Origin: Raillietiella orientalis
Taxonomy: Eukaryota
Assembly: GCA_036172245.1 (NCBI GenBank)
Contig: JAYWIR010000036.1
Span: 620,001 to 684,000 of the forward strand
Reading direction: 5' to 3'
Length of the DNA stretch: 64,000 bases
Position 1 is the first letter of the stretch. The number at the start of each line of letters is the position of its first letter. Below the pieces are notes generated by a model that saw nothing but the letters and a program-made list of their open reading frames with translations, was not told the origin of the DNA and did no database searches. This document shows positions 12,219 to 25,218 of the stretch, one piece after another. The position numbers and the translations under genes were made by a program.

Positions 12219-15200
12219 TTTGTTTATAAATGAAATACGGGTGGATAACAAAGTAAAAAAAATAGTGTCTCTGTGGTATTGAAACTTTGCTCCAAAGCAT
12301 AGTAGCTCATTATATAACAAGTGCATTTGGAGATAGCGTCGCTATTTTATCTGTTTTATGGTTATAATTATCTCATAGTTGGCTATATGCATGAATTAAG
12401 AATTTCTAACATAACTTTCAGTCGTATTAATACCATTGGAATTCAAATGAGAAAGAAGAATGATAAAGCTATTGGCACCTTAACATGTATTTGGTTATTA
12501 CACAAATGGATGATGGATATATTACCTTAAAAGAAGCATTTTGTAATGGAATCATTCACTAACTATTTTGTTCCATATCGATTTTCCTTCCCAATGCTCT
12601 CTAATATTGTTGTCTTGGCATGCAGAAGTACACAGATGTTTTCCATTATTTGATCAGTGTTATTTTTCCGATATAGTTGTAGACAAAATGATCTTAATAA
12701 AGTCTTTTTGCATTCATTGTCTGCATTTATTCAATGTATCCATAATTTTATTCAAAATTAGGAAAATGTTCATTTCAAATTCAGGATTGCATCCTTTTCA
12801 ACTGATGTTCAGTATTTGTATGCTGAAAGGCTTCATGATGGCCTCATAATATACCAGTTGATCATCAGCCACCAATATTATCCCATTTTCAATTTTTCGG
12901 ATTTATTTTGCAATGAGTGTTATTTTATGAATGTTAAATGTATTTCCTTATATTGGAGTATTTCTCTTCAAAGGTTTTTAATGAAAAGGTACGCAATGTG
13001 TATGGCACACAGTCCATGTCCTGCTACCATAAACGAATACATTGACTGATGCATAATCAAACCAGCATGAGCACAAAATACATCCTGAGGTTTAAGGATG
13101 GACACATTTTGGAGTCTGAAGTTTGTCCTGTTAAAGGTTTCCTAGTTTGTCTATTTACATGCCTGCATATTTTGTGTGTATTTGTGCCCATGTGTATATA
13201 TATAATTTCTTTCCAGTTTTTCATTTGCCAATTTTTGCATATTTCATTGATTAGTAGGATGGGCTGCATTACAAAGTGTTCTCAAAACATTCAAGAATGA
13301 TTGACATAGATCCTAGATACTTCATTCAGTATATAGCTTCTCAGCAAATTGTCATTTCACCAGGTTACTTCAAAAATCATCATTGTTTTAGTGATAATTG
13401 GAATGTCCTATGTGACATCCATGATTGGAAGATATAAAAACAAAATGCCTTATAATTCATGAATGATAATGACTAGCAAGGGCTTGAAGATGAAAAAACT
13501 GAGGAGTCTAGAGGTGAAGGAAAAAAATAGTGCGTCGCCTCGTTTAAAATTGGTAATCTTAAGGAATACAAAAAATTAATGGTTCTCATACATGGTTCTG
13601 ATGTGAAGAAAATATATAATCAGTGATGTGAACTATATTATTGGCTGTTTGAAAAGGGAAATTCCCTCTAGAATTACAAATACTGGCCAATGCTAGGCAA
13701 AAATAAAGTTCACAGATGTGAGGACGAGAGATGAGATCCTACTTAAGTTGGAGTATAAATGCTGCTACCAAAATTTTACAGTTTTTGATAAATATGTGAT
13801 TTACTGCCATTATGACTAGGTGCTGATAAAGCAAATGAAACAACACTTCGAAGAATGTGGGACACTGAATAAATGTAGGATGAGGGAGAGCTGCACGAAT
13901 AATCATATCACCCAGAAGGCTGGAAATAATAGCTGTGACAGAATTCTTTGAGATTGCTTGTGCGAACTCTTTACAAGCAATTTATTTATTTGATGCTTCC
14001 TTGCCAGTGTTAACAATTTTTCTAATGCACCTCTCAATTTACGTCAAAATCGGAGATAGGAATTCGGTGCTAAAGCAAGGAGCTCTCCTTCGAGCACCGG
14101 CCTTGAGATGGTTTCCTAAGCTCCCACCCAAATTTCTCGGTGAAGGAGAGGGAACTGTGTTGCTTTACGAAAAATATCCTGGTGTGGAGCTCAGCAAGTG
14201 TGTATCGCAAATGGAGCTCATGGAGTTCATGCAAGACATGAAGACTACGAAGATTTCTGAGAGAACCCGTCTAGGTACATCTACGCGGGCTTTTTTATTT
14301 GCAAGCATCCATCTTATGCAACATTCACAAAAACGAAAACTTCAACAACCACCACGTTAACATAATAAAATGGTGAGACGTCGGTGTGCAGAACCCGCTG
14401 TAATCGAAGTGACGAAACCTACAAAACAGCATTTGTGTGTTTTGTAGATTAGCATCCCTGATAAAGACTGGTGTGATGAAATCAAAAACATGAGCCACTC
14501 ATAAATTCAGATGTTCTTCCAGTGTCTTTCTCCCCCCTTGGGGGGGAGTACCATCATGATCGATCCAAGCATTTCAATTATGTCGGTGCAACACACTGCC
14601 ATCTCGATCCTCACCGTCATGTTCCAAACAGTGAAGTGTCCGGATAAGAAGACAAATGTCGTCACGTGTACAGCTCGTCGCGTGCGTGCGCCCACGACGG
14701 AAGCTGCCAAAGGGACGTACGGCAAGCATCTGTTGCACGCCGCGGGCTGCACGCAGGATCGCACGAGGGACGCAGCCTCCTGGCCTCGCAGTCCCGCGAT
14801 GGCCGTCTGTCTGTGCACAAATGTGGTGGTGGTACTGGTCCAGAGATTTTCATTGGCACGCTGATGCTTGCCCTAAAAAAGGAGGGAGCACGTCTAAGCT
14901 CCGTGCGACCAGTCTGTGTGCAAGGTTTTCTCGTTCGCGTGTGTGACAAGAGCGAAGGCGTTGCAGCACGTGGATTTTCACAGGACGCGTGTGATGGCTC
15001 CCTAATCGCACAGAAGCACTCAGCGTGTAAATCATTCGATACGTGCACTGCACGTAGATGTGTGAAGCAATCACGTGTTCACCCCTAACGTGTTTCGTAG
15101 ATTGCACGTAACTGAAAATGCACAGCAAAACGCCCTCCAAAATTAATTAAGTTGCTGATCGTGGTTTTTAGGCGCTCCTGAACTTCGTTCCACCCATCAG

Positions 15201-18200
15201 TTAAGTCCAGTAATGAAAAGCATCCAAACTTGTAGCACCAGGTGACTTTATGACGGGAGTCTGAAGACCTTCCCTGATTCAGAAAACAAAGAAAAAAAAA
15301 ACAACCGTGGACATACACGGAACGAGCAAGAACTTAAAGCCGAAAGATCAGAGAGTGCACGTCATTGCTGTTTTTGAAGTGTATGCGGAACATGGCACAC
15401 TTGTCCAGCATCATCCTTGTCCACCATATCAGCTCTTCGTTCACGCTGCACTCCTCGCCATCCTTAGCCTTTTCACCAGCTTGACGTGGAACTTAAGGCA
15501 GACCAAACACACTCGAATCTAGAGCTCTTTCCAAACGACACTCGTGTGCTAATTCCTTTGGCTTGGCTTTCCTTCTAGAGGAAAGTTCGAAAGTTAGGGA
15601 TTGCCGTTTCTACGTCCGTTTCTAACTGTTGGAAGTTTAAGGAGTCCGAGCCACCCAGCAAAATCAGTTTCCTCGATCTTAAGTCGCCACTTGTCTTGAC
15701 ACAGCCACTCGAGATTTCCTTCCATACTACCCAGACTTTTAAGTTCTTCCTTCCTTTTTCTGTTTCCTGCGTAAAAGAAAAAAAAAGGCAGTGCTGCGGC
15801 AGGTCACAAGGCGGTCGAGAATTACAGGTCCTCTGTTCCAGAAAGAAAAATGGAACATTCCGAAGGATTCCATCAATGTCCAGTTTTTCCAAATAATCTA
15901 AAAGCTTCCGTCTTGCATAAGGTCATCTTGTTGAGCCGGCACTTCGCAGGCAACTACGTTTGATCCCGCTATTCCTCAGCCTCCTGCCTCGTAGAAGCAG
16001 CTTCTAGGTGTGCGGTGGCGGCAGAACCTCTGCCGACCATCTCTGTTCACATGCACACAGCTGGAAAAGAGAAGAGGCGATGCTATTCTGCAACCTGAAC
16101 AAAGTCTGTACTCGTCATTTCGGAATCTTCGCCGTCATCACTTCTCATCGAGTGTCATCTCTACATCCTTTCTTGGTGCGCCTTCCTGCTTTATTAAGCG
16201 CTTCTGGGGCTACCGGTTGCCTTGGGAAGGCAGCGCGCGAGGCGCCAACTGTGTTGACATCTTTGACTTGGCTGCCTTCCCCCCGCCACAGCAGTAGCAC
16301 CTCGCGGAAACAGTGGGTGTGTCGGGAAAGGCGAACTTAGACAGTGCCTTAACCCTCTTGGGGGCGGTGAAGGGGATTTTCTTGGCATGGCTCAAATCTC
16401 TGAAGTCTCCTCCACCTTCGTCGGTCATCAGAGGCCTTTTTGGTTTTTCCGACTGCTACTCTTCCAAAATCTGTGTTCGTCCTCTTCTTCTGTTGCGTTT
16501 CCTTCGCCGGAAGTGCAGCTCAACCACCCGCTCCATGCATCAGCTCACTTTGGAAGTTTTTCCCTCAACGACTTCAACGCTCCGCTTCGATTCCCACGTG
16601 CCCCATTGCTACACGGGAGGTGGGAGGACTTCCGTGCTAGGGCGACCGATCTCCAGAAGGAGTGCACTAGCCTTCTAGAAATAGCTCGCACAAGAGCGTC
16701 TCCATGATTACAGTTTCAGAGACTATGCTCACTCGCCTGGCCAGTGTTGACGCAACGCGTCGGGGTGCAGCCCACACGCCGAACCGCGTCGAAGAGCGGA
16801 AGCCGCTTGTCGCACTTCCACGCCGAAAGTTTCTACGACGATTCTGGACTCCAGCGCGCACCATAGGCCTCGCTGGCAGAGCTCGCCGCCTCTCCTCAGC
16901 TCCTTGCACGGCGACCCAAATTCTCGGGCGCCATGAGGATGGGTTCTTCTGGTGCGGGAGACACGCGACGAAACCTTCCCCTCGGCGTGCAACTCCGACG
17001 TGAGCGCGTTTGTCCTGTCTCGCGCGTGCGTGTCTTTCGTGTCCTCAAAGCTGCTGCAGTTTCCGTTTCGACATTCACCCACGGCCAAACTGGCTGACGT
17101 GCGTTGACACTTTCCCCGTGAGCGTTGCGTGCTAGACACTCCAGGATGCGCTACAGAAACACTTCCTTGCGTGCGAAACGCGCTGGGAGTTGGTTGACCC
17201 TAGGAAAAAAGCGGATGACGGGGACCGGAAAAAGGAGACACGTTGCTTCCCGACAGTTGCTGCAGTTGTACTTATTCAAGGGAAGTCACGTGAGCGGAAA
17301 CGTTGATGCCTCCTCTACCCACTCCCACAAGCAGGAGCTTCCGGAAAGCTCGGCCAGCTGAAATGTTTTTCGTAATTACGAAGGTTACCCATTCGACCCG
17401 TTTTCCTTTTAAGAGAGAGGTCCTACTGGGGGGTCGGGAGGCTTGTCAACTGCCCCGCCACACAGCCACGGTAAGAGACACTGCTGCGGAGACGCCAGAC
17501 GCGTTGGTGCGAACAGGAAGTGCCTCCTGAATGCTGTGGCAGGGACCGCGCCAGAGAGAATGGACCCACGGAATACCCCCACCGCGCCTCTTGAATCCGC
17601 GTTCCAGGGGAGAAGGGCGTTTCCCAGACTCCTAAGAAAAGAGGCTGTCCGTCCGCAGCAACCCATTCTGCCCCCCGAATCCACCTCACCCCCGCCCTCA
17701 CCACCTCGGGTAACTCGAGGTGAAATCCAGGTTCCCATGGGAGAGGACCTTGCAATCGCCCAGGGCAGCAGTTTCGCTTTCTTTAAGTGGGCTGTCCTTC
17801 GTGGCGCTCGCAGGGCGAACTCTCCCTGTTCGCCTCTGGGAGCCACCGAAGGGTCCCTAGTGTCCAGGCAGCTCTTGCTGGGTAGAAGGCACGTCTCCTG
17901 CCTGCTCTCACGTTCCTTACAGGAGTGGAAGTTTCGAGACCGACAGCGAGCGACCGGAGCTGCAAGTCTGCGTGGGCCGGGATGGCAGAATGTGGAACAG
18001 GGGTCTGCAGCGGAACTTCAGGAGGGCCCCTGGTAGGCGCGAATTTCCCTGGTTTGTCTGAGGGCCAGTCTTGGAAACTTCATCACTTTCAGCCGTCCTT
18101 TCCTCCTTGCCGGACAACTCGCTGGAGAAACGCGCGGAGGGAGACCAGCCGCATTGAGGGAGGAAGCGCCGGCGTGACTTCCGGTCTAATTTCCGGACGC

Positions 18201-21200
18201 CCCTTTTTCTTTTACCGCTTTTTCAAAGGGTGCGTTTTCTACTATCGAAGTTCGGTAAAACATGGCGCACACGAATCTCTGCAAGAAGCCTGCTGCACAT
18301 TTGACTTCCAAGTATGCGAGAAGAACGGGAAAAGAGTAGCCGTATCGGCGTTTCCATTTCTACCACTTTTTGAGTCATGCGGGAGGCGGCAGAAGAAAGG
18401 ATGCTATAAATCATTTCAGACTTAGTGGTGGTCGAATCCACCCACATCGCTAATTTGACCTCCAGCTTTAGGTTGGTACTTGCCGTTTCGTCATCGTTTT
18501 CTGGAATCATCTTGTCCGCAAGATCCCTTTTTCGGCCTCGAGGAGCGAGTGCCATCTACCCCCCATCCACGGTCTTTGCATGAGCCACCTGGTCCCGAAA
18601 TAGGTCATGGCTTTAGTAGGCGCCCTGACCCACGGACAAGCCTCCGATTCCTCACAAGATGGATCCCATCGCCTTTGGAGATTTTGTTTGAACCTGAGGT
18701 TGTGTATGAGGCGGTTTGGGGTCCACCTCTTCCTCTGCGCGCACTAGGAATTGCGCGGTCTTAGGATATGCACCTGCACTATGCAGTCTCAGCGTATGCA
18801 ACTGCTTCGGTGGTACATATACTAAGAGTCGCAGGCGCTCAAAAAGCCTTGACACAGAGACATCGGTGGGTAAAGTTGACCCGTCGATACGAAACCGAAC
18901 TCATCTCACTTTGCAGGGTGTTCACCCTGACGAGACGTCTGCTTGGGACCGCCCACGGCTGGCTCGGTGGCGTTCAGTAGAAGGTGAAGCGGAAGTTCCC
19001 AGGAGTCTTTCCTTCAAGGTACAACAGGACTTTTAGCACGAGTCGAATGCTCGCCGGGTGTTCGCATTCGTTCTTGACTGGCTGGGGCGCTGGGAGGAAA
19101 GGCAAAACCAAAGAGGCGCGCGCAATGAATGCATCCTGCTCTCGAGTTGTGTCCAGCGCGGCGCATTCACCAGACCACGGTTCCAGAGAGGTCTTCGGTG
19201 CATGCAGGTGGTCGCTGCGTCGGCAGAGGGCCCTCAGGTATGTGGATGCAGCGATTTACTGAGGCCTCCCGGTGGACACAAAACACTGCAAATTGGCTTT
19301 AATTAGAGGTCCAAGAGGGCAATCGCTGGTTCGGTCGAATCGATCAGGGTAATCAGATCGCGTGCAGCCACCTGCAAGGCGGCAGTCGAGTCGGCCGAAG
19401 ATGGACTGCGATTGAATGCGCACTCCAGGGTGTGCCAGGAACGCCCTCTTTAAGTCAACGGTTAGCTCTCTCTCTTTGCCTGCACAGGCAACTCGCAGCG
19501 TTCGGCGTGGTTCGCCTACTCACCCAACGAGCCCGAAACTCCTCCGGCTGTGGCAAAACTCGGGTTGAAAAGTGACTTCAGAACTCTGCAGCTCAGCTGG
19601 CGCCAAGGCGGCGTTTGCATCTCAAGTTTCTGACAGTTTGCCTTCTCTTACCGAAAATCCGGCGGAAGCAGTTGCAGCTCCTTACAGTCGTTGGCAAGGC
19701 AAACACGTAATGCGAATGGAAACTTGGCTGATTTTCCTCTGACTTGTCGCTAGGAATCCGAAGGAACTTCGGAGTCATCGGAGGGAAATTCCCAACGCTT
19801 TATTTCATAGAAGAAAACGGTCCAGCCGCTGCAAGTTTTACCAGAAAAAATGACCACGTATTCGATTCTCAGAATTCATCAGGAACCTGAGAGCATAATG
19901 AATGCATAATCAATTAACTTCCAGTCGTCTCTTTATGCTGAACTGCTTTGGACTGATTCACACTCCCGCGGGTGCAGAATGCGGTTTCTTTGAAGCAAAT
20001 CCTGCCGACTGATACGGTAAACACCCAAGAAATCGTGCTTTTTCGAAGCTGCTTCGAGAGACTACGCTTTGCTCCCAGCAACAACCTTTAACCTCTGTAC
20101 ACAATGCCATTTAGGTTGGCTGATGGCTTTGTTGTTTTCGAAGGGGGAATAACCTAACCCAGGTAAAAAAAAAAAAAAAAACTCAAGCAGCTTATGTGAA
20201 GCAACCATGAAGGCTGCCTATAAAGTGGTTTTGCAGTTTGCGATTTTCGTTCCAAGTTCAGGACACCCGAGGCTATCAATTCTACGTGGTTCGCACGAAT
20301 GCTGTTCCGTGTTGCAACGAAACATTTCTTTCCTAAGGCAAATTTTCGCCGTGTTTTGTATCCAATTCCATTTTCAGCTTCCCGAATTACTGAAACATGA
20401 AACTGCCAGAATCTGTGTGCCCTCGGTAAACAAACATTCTGCAGAGAAGCAGCAGCGGGTTTGGTAAGATGACTGACCGAACTTCTCAGAACATCAACAG
20501 TGTTCTGATGGGCATGTGGAGTGTGTGCTTCTCAGTCGATCTGTTTGTGTCTTAAATGGAGGCGCTGACAAGAAGGGGAAAAAACAATGTAGCGAGGAAT
20601 TTTTGTACGTACAAAAGCGAGCCCTTTTAACGAATATATTTAGGGTATGCGTTCAAGAAAAATCTATGGGCATCAAAGTTCCCACATAACGCCGATCCAG
20701 TTTTTTGCTTCTTTTCCATACCTTACTGTTTTGCGTCGAAAGTGAATCTTCTTTCGCCGTTTCATTTCTATTTCCCACCTGGAATATAGGGGGACCACTT
20801 CATATGGCAGTGCTGGCAAGAGTTGCCTGTTTATGTACTTTGGTTTCTGAGGGACAAAACGTCGATATGGAATTCTTAGAACCTTGTCTCAAAATCCCCT
20901 TTTTTATTTTATTTTTCCTTAAAAACTTGTGACAAGTTTTTTAAAAATGATGCATTTGGTTTCAAGAAAAGGAACACGAGAAGCAGAAAGTGCTGGAATC
21001 AGGAGGCACTACGATTTCGATGCACTAGCAGGGCTCCCAGTTATTTTACCCTTGCATGTACGCAAAGTGCAAGCACGGAAGTCAGCAGTTATAGAGACCG
21101 GCAGGCATTCTGTGGCTCACGCTACTTAATGTGGTTCGCAATTGTCTGCCTCTTGATATACACTTCTTGCTGCTTCTGTTTGTTTTTAATTAGTGGCTAC

Positions 21201-22270
21201 ACAGTTCCTGCATCCTGCAGGTGTTGACTCTGTTTGCGCAGAGTGGAAGATGGTCCGTGAAGACCAGATCAGCTACGAATACGGCGGGAGATGCTGTACA
21301 CACCCTTTTGTTTCATTGTAATAGAAACCTGAAATTTCCGAAAGCTCATTGTGCATCATGCTCATGCTCTTGCAATACTAGATTGCGATAATGGGTTTTC
21401 CGAGTGCTTCTTTGATCTCCGATCAAGTATTCCGTCTCAACATGAAAAGACCACATAGGCGAAACTTTCGCTAAACTCTTCCTGTAAACAAACGGCCATT
21501 TGCCTGGAAGAATACTGAAAAAGCGATTCGAGAGACGAGGCAAATTGGGAGCTGCAAGCACACTTTTTCCATGCTACATAAAGTGCTGACTTCTCTCTCT
21601 CTTCTTTCCAAGGTTGCGGGCACAGCAAGTGAACCTCACCCCAGTGCAAAGCCAAAACTAATACCGCTCTATCCGAGCGCTTGCAAAAACAAAAAAAAAA
21701 AAAAAAAAAAAAGGGAAAGAAGAGAACGAGACTCGCTTGGGTTATCTCGACATCAGAATTATCAGTGGACTTCGTCTTCTGCAATCTTTTTCCTAGAGAT
21801 AGCGTGAACCCACCGAGTTCTTCGCAAAAAAAGAAAAAAAAAAAAAAGGAAAGGGGGGAAAAAAGGAAGGAGAGGGAAGACTCGATTGGATCGAGGCGTT
21901 CCTTTTTCTTCTTCTTCTTCTTCCCCGCCTCCCTTTCCCCCCTTTTTTTTTCTTCCTCGTCTTTTCCTGATTTACAAGCTTTCCGGATGCATGCATTACC
22001 GTCAGCCCAGGCAGCGAGGACGCCAAACACCATCTTTGCTGCGAACACCGCCAGCAGGAGAGTGCACTACGCCGGAGACGCACAGACGTTCGCCACTGCG
22101 TGCGTCGTAACCAATTCTGTTGCACTCCCTATTGAATGCCTCTTAACTGCGCTTTAAGGGAGTTGAGTAGATTGACAGAATAGCGTAAACATTCGTAATT
22201 GGTTATGATGCATGGAACGGCATGCAAGTGCTGCTTGGTATAATTTTCGTTTCAGTATAGCGTCGGGTGA

Positions 22271-23568
<1,298 letters not shown>

Positions 23569-23646
23569 AATGTGCACGAATGCTCAACAACTTGCAGTGC
23601 TAGTTAACACACTGTGAACATTTAAGAATAGATCCTATTGCGTACT

Positions 23647-25218
23647 TCAATAAAGGATGTTGTATTTATGGCTTCTGCAACTGTCCACTTGTGTGATGCA
23701 ATGGATCCGGCAGCAAGGCTTGCACATTTGGTGCTGGCATTGTAAACCCTAAAAATAAAATAGCTGTTGATAGCTGCAAATTCACTTTGTTGAAGGAGAG
23801 AGAGAGAGAACAGCATGGGAACATACCCTAGGGTTAAGGCACGAGATACACAGTTCATACACAATGGGTTGGGCATGCAATTTATGCCAAGACCTCCGTT
23901 TTAACTGCTTCAGTTTTTTTTTTGATATGCCAATTGGTATGTCCATAGAACTAGAAGGCAGCTTCAATCTTTCTGGGAATTCCTCAGGTCTGGACTGTAA
24001 AAGCAAAAACCATAGGTAGATGAGGTAGCTTCAGGCATAGTCTGACTGACTTTTGTGAGCAAGCTTTCTTTGAAACAAATACCCTGTAAAGCATATTTCT
24101 GCTGCACTCCAAGAACAACATGCTGCATTCCTTGCAAGCAATTACTCTGGGCCAGTTGTTCTCTCAATTCTGCATTTTCTGGAAGCAAAAAACTTCTTGA
24201 ACAAATGCCAAAACTATTACAACTTGATTTGGCACATTACCATTCATGAAACAACTTAAACAAATGACCACGTATGCATGATAAAGGGCAGGGATGCACT
24301 TTAACTAACTCTAAATATTCCTCAGCTAAATGCCATTTGGGAAGATCAACATCTTGAAACAAGGCTGGGTTGTGCAACAGGCCTTCAGCGCTCATTACAC
24401 CATCTGCACCTGTTTCATGTAAACACTGGGTGATGTCACGGAGCTTTTGTATATTTCCATTTGCAATTACTGGTATGGAAAGTGCTTGTCTAAAGACACA
24501 ACAGCTGATGCGAACGCAGCTAGACTACTTACTTTACTGCCTGAATATGTTTCCAAGAGGCCAAACCTGTGTTTGGTCCCTTTTGCTCTTTAGTTCGTCC
24601 ATGAATTGTAAGAAGCTGGCAGCCTGCAGATTGCAGCATTTTGGCATATTCAACAGTTTTAGATACATCATTAAATATCCGTATCTTACATGTCACTGGA
24701 ATACTAAGATTCTTGTGTACCGTATTAACTAGGAAATACCAAATTAGTGGCAATATTCAGCTCTATAATAAGATACCTATTTCGTATATTTGATCCCAAT
24801 TATTTTCTAGAAAGGCACCATAGTTGCCCTTCTTGGCGATTGCTTGAGGGCAACCTAAATTTAAATCAACTGCATCACAAACATCTTCCACCAACTTTGC
24901 TGCTTGCAAAAATATCAAGGGGTCATTTGCACAAAACTATAAAGTCTGTCTAAAGAAACATACGTCAAAAGAGCACACAAATACCTGAATAATTAGTGGC
25001 CTATCGTTTGCAAATGTATCTAAAGCTTTTATTCTATAACTAACATTATTCACGAAGAGATTACTGTGCAGCATGGGGGAATAACACAGTTGGGCGCCAT
25101 ATTTCCGACACAGCATTCGAAAGGCAAGTTCGCTTTGCTCTACCATGGGGGCCACTATTAATTTTGGAGATTTCAACACATACTTATAAAAATCATAGCC
25201 TTCCTGCTTGGGGACCAT
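23647..25218 (-). CDS. DUS1L: tRNA-dihydrouridine(16/17) synthase [NAD(P)+]-like
   Basis: Spliced translation contains [62 protein letters not shown] (catalytic Cys), [42 protein letters not shown] and RGHLFK. The C-terminal Cys-rich tail [25 protein letters not shown] is typical of DUS1L. Stop TGA at 23649-23647. Confidence 0.95.

Noticed and set aside
14195..14242. WSSWSSCKT, thrombospondin type 1-like motif
   Set aside because: It is followed immediately by a stop and lacks the rest of the TSP1 pattern.
18223..18555. EVKLAMW resembling the TSR3 LAMWD motif
   Set aside because: No HCDPKxCSGxKL exon follows, and the W falls in a predicted intron.
21437..22157. Lys- and Phe-rich ORFs on both strands
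   Set aside because: These are translations of poly(A)/poly(T) tracts.
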